From NCBI GenBank assembly GCA_965235115.1, contig OZ249443.1:8308001-8372000 (forward strand): DNA of 64,000 nt. The letters run 5' to 3'. Shown piece after piece: positions 1 through 12,000 of this stretch. Each line of letters begins with the position of its first letter. The first letter of the stretch is position 1. A program made the translations under genes and the position numbers. The notes under the pieces were generated by a model. It was not told the DNA's origin. It saw only the letters and a list, made by a program, of their open reading frames with translations, and searched no databases. This DNA is from Laetmonice hystrix (taxonomy: Eukaryota).

Positions 1-38
1 TAGTCATAGCAGCAGCCTTCATAGTTCTCCCAACTCAG
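1..38 (+). CDS. slo-2: Slo2 exon, partial (end of S6: [12 protein letters not shown])
   Basis: Matches the KCNT segment VALVVLPLQ; donor CAG|GTCAGT at 39, phase 0. Confidence 0.85.
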
Positions 39-3000
39 GTCAGTGGGTGATGATCGTTAGTTCTCGTGAGTCTCCAGTGGGAGAAGTTATTGCCCAAACT
101 ATGCGATGTTTACCGTATCCCAGTATTGAGAGTTTACCGTAATAATGGGTTACCGTTTCAGTTCGAACAGTTAGCGTTTACGTGGATGGAGCGGCAGAAA
201 CAGGGTGGTACCTACAGCAGTCATCGGGCGCAAAACGAGAAACATGTAGTGGTCTGCGCTACAACCTTACACGCAGACACAATCATGGACTTTCTCAACG
301 AGTTCTACGCCCACCCAAAACTGCAGGTAAAATACAACCCTTCTCATGGCGGCTCAATAAATGGAACCGAACCTAGTATAGATAGGTCTTCCATGAGAAT
401 GTCTAGTTCTAACGTAGGCTTTCTTAATAATACGTGTGGCATGAACCAGCTTCCACGTGTACTTGTGAATTATTGGAGTGTAATACACCGATATCGTTGC
501 ATTCTGATTGTAGTTTGCTTCGCTTTATATGAGTACAGACATATTTACCAAGAATTGTGAGGGGCAAATTTGCACGTTAAGACTGTTTTACGTCTTTCTG
601 AAAGGCTTGTATACCATAATCAGGAATCATGTAGTCATTTCGAGGTCATGTTTTCTCGGATAAATCAAAGCTTTATGTGACAGACAGTTTGTGAACTCTG
701 TATGGAGGAACAGTGTTTGAGGTTCCTTTTGAGAATAATATTATATAAAAGGTCATTGTTTGCCTGAAAGTAGAAATCTCATTCTGTGCATGTTAACCTA
801 CTTTACTGGTTTCGCCTCCTTCAGATATTCATGTATCCACATTGTACATTGTGAGCTAACGTTTCTTGAGCTGACCTAAGTAACTATATAGAACTTGCGA
901 TTGGTTAGCTCAGCTCATCACCGAAGGGTGAAAGAATGGTCTGAAGCTTGCCGTGAAACCGTAAAGAGAGGTTGTGTGAAACTTTGAGCCATGTTTGAGC
1001 CCTTTCTGACCGCGAGCCTTGGAGAATGCCCCATCCCTATCCCATCGCCGCTTCAATCCTAGCTAACAAGTTCCAGCTCACAGCCAGTAACATCTAACCC
1101 AGTTGATACAGCCAGTTAATTCTCCCATACCGTGCATAAACCCAACTAAACCAGCATGTCGGATCGGATAGTTCTTTCTTACGACTATCTCGTTCATAGA
1201 GATGTCGCCAATCAGGTACGCTTCAGGAACATTTTCCGGTCTCCTACTACATACAAACAACAACGAAAACATCAACAACAAATTGGATGACGAATTGACA
1301 AGTATTTGATAAATCCGGAGCTTTTCATTAGATTAATAGAAGGTTATCAGTTGAATCATAATAACAGAAATTTTAACTGCTTAAAATGTTCTTTAATGCA
1401 AGACCATTCGTAGGTACGAATGACAAATGCTCTGTGAACCAGATGGTGAGAAAGACCAATGTTTCAAACGATCTATATTATGATTAACCAAGCATGCTAC
1501 CAAACCATAACAACTATAAACCCACCGCGTTCAACCTCAAGTATTACTAACCCCAGCCTGGGACTGGCCCCGGTATACGCACTCCTCAAGACAGCGGCAT
1601 ATCTGGTTTTATGTTGGCCCCGGGTGTAGGATTACTTCGTGGTGATGGTGTCGCCCTGTGAACTCAACAACACAATGAAAATGATCCTCCAGGTGCCCAT
1701 GTGGGCCTCCCGCGTCATTCAGATCCAAGGCTCCGTTCTGAAAGACTCAGACCTAGGTCGTTGTCGGTAAGTACCGTACATCTCCACTTAAGGCAACCCT
1801 GGCCGGGTTTTTGTTTTCGTCTTGCCAGGATTATTATGTGGTGTTAGTTTCACCCTGTGAGCTGGACCCAACCATGAAGATGATTCTACAAGTTCCAATC
1901 TGGGCTACACGAGTTATATATATCCAGGGGTCGGTCCTCAAGGATGCTGACCTCTCCAGATGTCGGTAAGAATCAAACACCTCACATACGCCACCTGGAG
2001 GCCAAATCTGGAACTACTTCCTATTAATTGCAACATACAGATGTGAACCCTCATGATCACTTACTGAGGCCATGCTGCCGTGAAAACGTTTGATTTATAC
2101 GATATGTAGGCCTGTGTGGTTTATTAGGAAGAGACGAGTTTGTCGGTTGTTACAAGTTTCCAATATTTTTTTTCATAGGAGAGAAACTATCAGACGCCCA
2201 CCTGGCACTATTTGTTATTCTCCCTGAGGTACTGTTGTGAAGTCGTTGATGAATGATGATATTTTACTGGCGCCACAGTTCCTGTATGCAGTGTTAATGA
2301 TGCCAGCAATGTTTGGTGTGTTTTACTGATATGTTACTGATGCTCGTTGATTAGGTAGGTTGGCTGCAGTGACGTGATATTTGTTCCAGAATGCAGGATG
2401 CAGAGGCCTGCTTTATACTGGCTGCCAGGAGCTATGTGGACAGGACCGCCGCAGTAAGTGGCAAGACCTGAATATTCTGAGTCACTCTTTAAATCATGTT
2501 TGTGTCTCAGTGCTTGACTGATGCATGTAGAAAAGATGATAGCCCGGAAATACTGGAAAAACATAATGTCGAAAGAAGACATCTTGGATCATGTTCGGTT
2601 TTACGCCAGTGTATAAGCTATAATATTACGTATTACGGGAGGTACTTTTGTTTGTCCATAATTTTGTACGTACAGCTCCGTGACTGACGTGACTGCAACA
2701 TATTGTATGGCCGTGCCAGTATGTAGTGACACACATGTATGTGCGTGACTGCAGTGACATCCCTATACTGTATGTGCGTGACTGTAGTGACATCCCTATA
2801 CTGTATGTGCGTGACTGTAGTGACATCCCTATACTGTATGTGCGTGACTGCAGTGACATCCCTATACTGTATGTGCGTGACTGCAGTGACATCCCTATAC
2901 TGTATGTGCGTGACTGTAATGACATCCCTATACTGTATGTGCGTGACTGTAATGACATCCCTATACTGTATGTGCGTGACTGTAATGACATCCCTATACT

Positions 3001-6000
3001 GTATGTGCGTGACTGTAGTGACATCCCTATACTGTATGTGCGTGACTGCAGTGACATCCCTATACTGTATGTGCGTGACTGTAATGACATCCCTATACTG
3101 TATGTGCGTGACTGTAGTGACATCCCTATACTGTATGTGCGTGACTGTAGTGACATCCCTATACTGTATGTGCGTGACTGCAGTGACATCCCTATACTGT
3201 ATGTGCGTGACTGCAGTGACATCCCTATACTGTATGTGCGTGACTGTAGTGACATCCCTATACTGTATGTGCGTGACTGCAGTGACATCCCTATACTGTA
3301 TGTGCGTGACTGTAGTGACATCCCTATACTGTATGTGCGTGACTGCCTGTATTGGCACAGGACCAGCACACCATACTGAGGTCCTGGGCGGTGAAAGACT
3401 TCGCGCCGGCAGCTCCACAATACTTACAGATCTTCAGACCAGAGAACAAGTTTCATGTCAAGTTTGCAGGTGAGAATGACATTTACACCAGTCTTGGCAT
3501 CTTGGTTTTATCTGTTCTAAAGGGAAGAATGTTAAATGTACTTGAACCCCAGTAGTGTTACTTTCAATCGTCATATTCTATCTGCTCGAATACTGTTTTA
3601 CGTTTTCCCTCAAGACAAATTACCTTAAAGCAGACTTAGAAAACATTTTATGAATAATTTCTTACAGAATAAATCTAGAAGTATCTTTTTGGACTGATAA
3701 ATCGTCAACATTATCAGAAAGAATATTAATTAGCCTTTCTTTGTCATGATAATATAAGAAATGAGTAAATGAACAAAAATAAACGGAAAGTGCGAAACCA
3801 GGCTGTGTAGAATAGTCTGGGTGTTAGAGATTCTTTATGTCCAGTATCTGCGTGAAATGTACATTTAAAATCTTACATAGAACACCCACGTAATTACACG
3901 CAAACTATAACGAACAGTTTGCCCAGAAATATAAGTTAACACTGATTAATATGTAACCATATATCAGAATCAAAGATGAAGGACTTTGGTGTGACAGGTA
4001 AATTGTCCGTACCTTATATTTTGGTGAAGGCCAGCTTCTACGCTGATGATGACAACATGCTCTCGGTCTAAGTAATTTAACATGATAGAATGATAGTTAA
4101 CATAGCGACAGCCATGTGATGTTCCAACCAGGAATACACTGGAAACATACAGTTTACTATTTGGGTGTAACAAGCTAATGACAATGATGACAATGGAAAC
4201 GCCCCCACATCCACCCCCACATCCACCCGAGCCTATCAAAGCAGCACAAGCATGTTGTAGTGACCTTTGACCCTGATGAGTTAGGGTGAGCTTGACCGCG
4301 TATTTTACGGGCAGGAATTAAGGTTAGTCTTTCCCAGCCATGGAGACGGAAGCAAAGTATCCCAAAACATAGATTAATTGGTGATAAAAAAAACTAGATA
4401 CATAAACATGCTTGCATGAAACGCTTGTTTAGTTCAGGTTAGAGAGCATTGCTTGCATTATTTAGTTACCTAAAGAATCCTCCAACCAACCTATACAGAC
4501 AACTAATGCATCAGTTTTAGCCCTTGAATAAGTTGGTTTAAATATTTTTTTCTGATAGTGACTCCAAAGTTGAGAACAATACTATCTTTTAATTTGGCTC
4601 GAAGTGCTGAATGTTTACAAAACGACGCCAGTGCAGGGACTCTAGAAATACACATTTGGTGCCTGATGGTGTGGTGTCTGAGTTGTTCCGAAGGCCTGGT
4701 TTAACGAACCACCTTGAATTATTTAAAACCTCTACGTTATTAACGCGCACGTGCACAGTTATTATGTATGTTAAACTCTTTGGAAACCTTCCCGCATGCA
4801 CCGCGAATAGTTAAAAGCTTCGGCTGGTAGCGTGCACTAAAATGGATATTTTGAGGACACATTCTGAAATAACGTGAATTTTAGACCCTATGCCTATATG
4901 CCTGCGTGCGTGCTGTCTAGATTATCTACATCATTTTGTTTTCAGTTTAAAGGAGACATAATACTGAAATAAGGTGTGCTTGTTTGGGTGTGTTTTCAGA
5001 GCACGTGGTTTGTGAGGACGAGTTTAAGTACGCCTTGCTTGCCAACAATTGTTTATGTCCCGGCGCGTCGACACTCGTCACGCTGCTTCTACATACGTCA
5101 CGCGGAGCGTAAGTCGTCACGTCTTACCGTCACTACAGCGGCGACATCTGGCGGCGGGGAGCGTGGGGAGGAGAAAGGGGGGGGGGGGTGATCAGGGAAT
5201 GAAGCTTTTAGTTTATACATTTCTCAAGGTACTTAGAAGAAAGAAAACATGATGTTCTTGTAACAGTATACTCACATCCTAAAACAAAATATTCTACACC
5301 ATTAGAAGAATCACATAATTATGGGCCGAGTTGTTGCTCCTACAATTCGATATACTGTGAATGTGTAGAAAGTTGATGAGTTGAGATTTTGTTGTGGTGT
5401 TGACAGAGAGGGCCAGACCTCGTCCGAGGAGTGGATGCGACTCTACGGGAAGTGCTCTGGGAACGAGATCTATCATATTCATCTCGGCGACAGCCAATTT
5501 TTTGGGGAGTACGAGGGAAAAAGCTTCACCTACGCCTCTTTTCATGCACACAGAAAGTAAGACATAGACCACCGATTCTAATTTTATACTTCGACATAGG
5601 TTAAAAAAGGGCACATTTTACACAAAAACGTAAAATAAAGGGCAAAATCTAAAGTGCTTTCATTGAAGTATCTCAGTATCTCTGGAACCCATATGACGTC
5701 ACATTGCTAATTGATGACGTCACAGGTACGGTGTGGCTCTGGTAGGAGTCCAACAGGACAAACCGGGTTCCACCATCCAGCTCAACCCGGGACCCCGCCA
5801 CATCATGAAGAGGACGGACACGTGTTTCTACATGAACATCACCAAGGAGGAAAACTCGGCCTTTATCTTGGCTCACCCTAACCAGGAGAAAGAGGGTAGT
5901 ACGAAACGTACCAGTCCCACTCCGACCACCTCCAATTACTCCAAGGTGGCCTCCATGATCGCCAGTGTCGGTGAGTCTCACGCTCCCCTCCCCCAACCCA

Positions 6001-9000
6001 AACAACCTGTCCCTCAGTCCTCCAACCTCACTTCACTGATTGACACTGAGTTAGATACTCTGGGAGTCATCCACCCACAAATGGTCATGGCGGACAGTGT
6101 GAGTAGCCTCCTCTCCCTACAAAACAGTGACCTTTATAGGAATGGTCAATTTGAGAAATGGAAAAAGCCCTCAATACCCCTTGTTATTTTTGCCATTTTA
6201 TTTTGCGCCGTTCTATTTCTGTTCCGGAACGTGTAGAATAAGTGACAGTTACACAAGAAACAACGGAGGTGTCCTGTGTAGTCAGAATATGGGACAGAGA
6301 CAATAATTATTATTGTGAGTCTGAGAAAATGTACCTTTTCGAATATTTCCATGATCATCCCTGCCTTACTTGTACTGACCATCATGTCTTGACTAGTGTA
6401 CATTCAAGGTGGACTACAGGTGGTTTCACAGTTGGGTGTTATGACTACGACTAGAAAAGACTGGTTTGTCTTACATTGAATTACGTGATAAAATGTCAAA
6501 GGTGTATTGGTGTTGTTACGTATGCCACTGGCTATGGAGAATGGTATCATGTACATGTTAACATCTTGTTGCCTTGAGGTAGTATGTGGACCTTCGGTTC
6601 ACAGCTCCAGTGACGCCTAAAGCTTAATAATAGTATTATCAAGTTGTTTAAGATATTTAATCTTTCTAATACAGGTAATGATATTATTTCAGCCAAACAC
6701 CTGATACTTCATGGCTGACATAAACAAATTTTCAATAAACTTTCAATAATAACAATACTGGGCATTAAACACAAATATATGTGACCTTTTGGGGTTTTTT
6801 TTATCAAAGACTTCTTGATCATGAGATGAAAATAATATCGATCAAGATTAACTGCGAAGTTTAAGAATATGTTGGTAACTGACAGTCCCATACAGATAAC
6901 AGGCTCTGGTAGTACATCTTGACTACTCCGCTAATGAGTGCTTGTTTCATTTCGAATTTTAGTGCAAGCAAGTGTTTCCTTTGCTAATCATGGATTTCTT
7001 TTATCTTTTTATTTAGTGATGCACATATCGCAAGCTTTCGTTAAATCAGTCAAAAAGGACCATCATGTGACTAATGGGAACTATTAAAGAAAACTATAAC
7101 AAAGTTCTTGTTTTCCCTGAAGTCCTGTGACTTGGAACTGGAGTGTGATTGGTTGGTGGTTTCTAGGTGCTGTGGCGTTGGCCGTCAGACAGGACAAGAG
7201 AGGCACTAGGAATGAGATCATAGTGAAGGCAGAATACAACGCAACCCGTTCAGGTTCCCCAACAACCCGCTTCTTCTATAGATTCTCACCACTGTCACCA
7301 GATGGTGCTGCAGTCAATGAGACAATCATAATGGAATCAGCAATCATGACGTTTCGGCAAAGGCATTGGTTGAGGTGTCATCTGGTGATATTTTTTAGGT
7401 TATACATGTATTAGCATACAGTGCCGCCACCTAACGGTGAATCACAAGGCTGCATGTTTTATCGTTGACACCCGTGACATACGTATTGCACCTTTTACAT
7501 TAAAACTATAAAAGTGTACTTTCAATTCGTTTTATTTTAACACCTATAATGATTACATGTTACGTTACACACAATTCATAGTCCGTTTTTGTGAGACTAC
7601 GGCAAGGAGTAATAGAAAGTTCTGGTGGGGAAACCCGGTCGTTCCGACTTTGTATGAGAACTAGGCGATGAAGACTCTCATACTCTCAAAAATAGAAAAT
7701 TACAATTAATAAATAAATGACGTAAAACAAATTCAGTATTTTGTCTAATATTACTGGGTAGGTCGGTAATATCTTCAGAGATAAAGTTCAAGGGTATAGG
7801 GCATTTAAAACCATACTTCAATTGTAATTGACTTTTTTATTATAGTCATCCAGCCACTTTACCGCTTTCCTGGGATCTGCTGAAAAAATAGATCAAATGC
7901 ATGAGTTAATTTCTATTGTCACTTTTTCATTATAGCCATGACCTTGATTAGTTCATTGTTTACATTTTTAAAGCACAAAATAATTTCATTCGGTGAGTTT
8001 TCTTTTTTCAGGTTAGATGTCTCGGTGTATAATTTGTTTGTATGTGCCCCCTCCCCACTTGGCGTTCAGACGCAGAGCCGATCGATGAAGAAGAAAAATG
8101 TGCAGCACCTCGTGATGGTTTTAGAGGATTTACCTGGTCAATAGCCCAAACATTATCACAAACATTTTGGATGACATTTTTTTCAGATTCAACCTTTAAC
8201 CCTGGCAAACGCTGTAAGTTTGATCCTCTCTGGTTTGATCCAACGTGGGCGTCACACTAACCCAGAGATTCTAGAAACCAACAGCCCGTCTCTCATTCCC
8301 AACTCTGCTCATTGGGGTCTCTGCTGGTCGCTCCATTACAGCCACCAACAGAGGCCCGTATGAGGCGGATTTGGCAATGAGACCCGTACGACAGGTGCTG
8401 GCACCTGACGGGGCCTCTACGAACTGGGCCCCGAGCTATACTGGCACCCCACCTGGTGGTGGAATAGTGGGTGGGAATGCGATCACTGAGAGCGGGTTGC
8501 GGCATACTCACAGCTTTATTAATGCTTTACTCATTTCATAAACACTGGAGAACGTCCCAACGTTTGCTTATTCATGCTGTGTTTATCCAAGGACACTTGT
8601 ATTTAGTGCTACTGGAGGTATCTTTTTGCAGAGGAATCAGGATCTCTTGCTAATGACCGGATTTACCATTAGATTCTAGACCAGCTGGTGGTGTGTACAT
8701 GTATTGTCATTAAAGCCGGTCAATGCATTTCATTCCGCGTAGGTTGTGTGTGGAACGAAAGACATGTGCCTACTCTTCAATATGTAAATACATAGACACA
8801 AACGACACAAGTAATTAGTTTGCAAACACACCCACATGTTATATACATAGAAAGGGTTAAACCAAGCTGACTACAGTGCATTAATTATTTGGACGGATAA
8901 TCGGGACAGCAAGCAAATGTTAGTGGTAACAGTTTGAAATGTCAACGTGACCATAGAAGTGCTATCGTCATTGTGACGGTATGTGATGAGTTCGACACTA

Positions 9001-12000
9001 GCACCTTCTCCACTAACGTAACAATCTCATTCCAGGCTCTATATTTCAGAGTGACGGTGATTAATTTGTGAACGCTGAATGAATGAGAGAGTTTTTTGAT
9101 GAAAGGCCGTGAAGCCGGGGGTGTTAAAGTACACCTGGTGGTGACTGTTGGTATAATTATCTATCGTAGAGCGCACGACTCCACCCGAGGGCGAGTTCCG
9201 AATGATGGAGACTTGTTACGGGGCGTCTCATAGGTTACAGATGCCTGGTACTTATAGAAACATTCCTCACCGGTCCTTTCTAACTTTGATCTATCTTTTC
9301 GTTTTTACAAAGTGGTAGACTGCCAGGTAGTCAGATACTCTAGGTAGCTCTAGTTGTGCGTGTCTGTTCGGTGTATGGACATCATGTGTCGGGAAATCGT
9401 TCAACTATCCCGAATGATGAGAGCAATTGCCGACGGGACAATTGTATATCTGGTGTGACGTTTAGTGCTGTGGTTTGACACAGGGTGGCGCTCCTAACTC
9501 TGTCTTTAGCATTTGACCCGGATGTGGTTGACGTTTTCTTCATTGCGTCTCTGTCAAGTCGTGTCCGTTCGTTGCCACATTGCTTTTTTCACTTAGAGAT
9601 GTCTTTTCTGTACATCAAACGTGTCCATGTTAAAGGATTGTTTCAATGAAAAACATCCTTTATTGGGGGAACGCCCCTTAAAGGTAAATTAAGTGCACTT
9701 GTATTGAAATCTGGGCAGTTTGGAAGATGGCAGGATCACTGCAGAGAAATTGCAGTTTAAAAACTACTGAAAAAAAACCACTTTGAAAAGGCGTGTAAAA
9801 TGGAGTACCCCAATAGGCCTATACCCGGTCTATGCTTGTAAAATTGCGTAAAATGCAAGAATCTCGGCATCTTCCCATTGGTTTTCTCCCCGTTGATTTT
9901 CAATGATATTGTTCCCACAGGTAACATAGTGAAGTGTAAGTCACCCCACTTTCCCAGCTTCATTCGCCTCAATTCTACTTCCTGCTTATTACAACCTTTT
10001 ATGTTGCATGGGCCATCTTGACCTTTCACTTTGTACTTTATGAGAAATGAGACTGAGTTATGTGTTGTATAACAGAGCTCGGCAAAGCAACCCTTATACG
10101 TGTAATTCATTTGAACCAGCCTAAAAAAAACAACTTAACATTTGGAAACTTGGTAATGGAAGAGATAATAAGGAACTTGCCATCTTGTGTATTGAATTTC
10201 CTCCAAGCGATCGTCTCGACATTGTATGTTTTCATGTTGCATCCCTCACTCGGGATGTTACATCTGTCAAGGGTGTTTCATTTCCTTCTCCTTTCTCTTC
10301 AAGTGTCCTATTTGTTCTTTCTTTCTGTCTTTCTGCGGTCAGGCGTGGCCCAGTCGGAGGAGGAGACTATCCCTCCACCCCCTACCTGTCCTCAGTTAAA
10401 CCTGCCTATTGCCAACCATGGTAAAAAACAACCTTGACCTTTCACCTTGAGTATTTGTTGCATGTGTGATAGAAATCAGAACGTCTGAGTTTTGTTGAGA
10501 ATCGTCTCGATCTTACGGCTTGCTTCATTACGCCATCGTCAGTCTTATATTTCACCATACTTTGTCTCGGCCGCTTGTATATGTGTATAGGTACATTGAA
10601 TCGTGAATTTTCTTTGCCATAAATGACCTTGACTTGCAGTAAATGACCTTGACTTTGAAGTGCCTTACGTCATACACAGTGACACGCGCCTCGTTCGGGG
10701 GCAGCCAGTAACAACATGCCTTAACACTTTGTCACATGCGCAGGCCATGCACACACATCGAATTGCACTCCTCAACGTGGACCACAATCAACTTTTAACA
10801 AATAGGACAACACCCTTCCCCCAAATAAAATCTCTTTTTGAACTTGAATTAAGCAGCAAGCTAAGGAATAATGAAATGTCAATGCGGGCAGAAGAGATTT
10901 AAGAAGGCATGAACCCCCATCGTTTGCCTACAACTGATGATACCCAAATTGAACGTAACTCGACGGTCAGCGATACAAATTAATTTTCTGACATTACTTT
11001 TTATTATTATAATTTATTGATTTAAATAGGAAGCTTAAGGAGAAAGAAAACGATTGATAAAGACTCCATCCGTAGTGGAAGAAGTTCTATTAAGGAGAGT
11101 CCCGATGGCCAATCTTACTCACCAGACGGCAGCACGCCAACGATCGTGCTGCCACCTGGAGAAAACAACCAGGCTGCCATGGAAACAAGTATTTTCATTT
11201 TCCCATTGATTGGTTTGAGTTATTTATGGTTAAGACGTATAACTCTTGGATTGATGCGTGCCACGACAGTGTGTTTTCTCACCAGATTTTGGCCCAGTTG
11301 GTTTTAAGTGAGTTTAAGCCTGAGGTGTCTTGGCTTTGATCAGCGTTTGGAATGCACCACTAACATGTGTTCCATAGCAACAGCACGCAAGGATATCCAA
11401 ATACAGCATACAGTTGTAGGGTAGCCTATATGGACAAACCAAAAGGGGAAATAAGAAAAATATTGTTATTACTTAGAAGATAGGAGTTAGCCTATCCGGC
11501 GCCTTGGTGTATGAAATGAGACGCGGAGACGTTGGGTCAGCCGTGCCATGCAGTGCATAAGGGAAGGGAGTAAGGTGTCATACAGCCTCCTGACTAGCTA
11601 TTATCTCCCCTAACCCATCAGAGTATGAGCAATCCCAATTAATATTCTTCATTGCTAGCCCTGTGCATCCGCCTTAACCTGATCAGTCCTACCTAATCCA
11701 CAACCACACATGGATCCACCAGAGAGCTTTTAAGAATGGGCTAGTATAGCTGGTTGCCGTAACAACACTATTATATATTATAACATGTACTCAAGGTTTT
11801 TCCAATTTGGTTGTTTCCACACATTGACACAGCGTTCGTAGTGGCATGTATTGGGACATCTTCTGGTTCAACTCACGTGTTCATGCTTCACCTAAATCCT
11901 GATATTAAGGCATTGTTGACTGCACTGAGATGTGAAGTAGTGTATGAACAAAGAACCTGTTTGTGTCTTGCCAATCATGGTAGTCAAAACACGGTAGTGC

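Noticed and set aside
66-560. 164-aa ORF as a stand-alone gene
   Set aside because: Only 162-326 is coding (Slo2 exon); the flanks are intron read-through.
2626-3473. Four long overlapping ORFs with 11-aa periodicity
   Set aside because: Translation artefacts of the 33-bp minisatellite.
6099-6104. Perfect GTGAGT as an alternative donor extending exon 5726
   Set aside because: It would end in phase 0 while the next linker exons start in phase 1; only a direct join to 12731 would fit, and nothing supports it.
8342-8540. Possible linker exon ([21 protein letters not shown]...)
   Set aside because: The acceptor and open frame are plausible, but only weak GTGG-type donors exist.
9344-9370. 27-nt phase-1 microexon (GSSSCACLF)
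   Set aside because: No pyrimidine tract and a weak GTGTAT donor.
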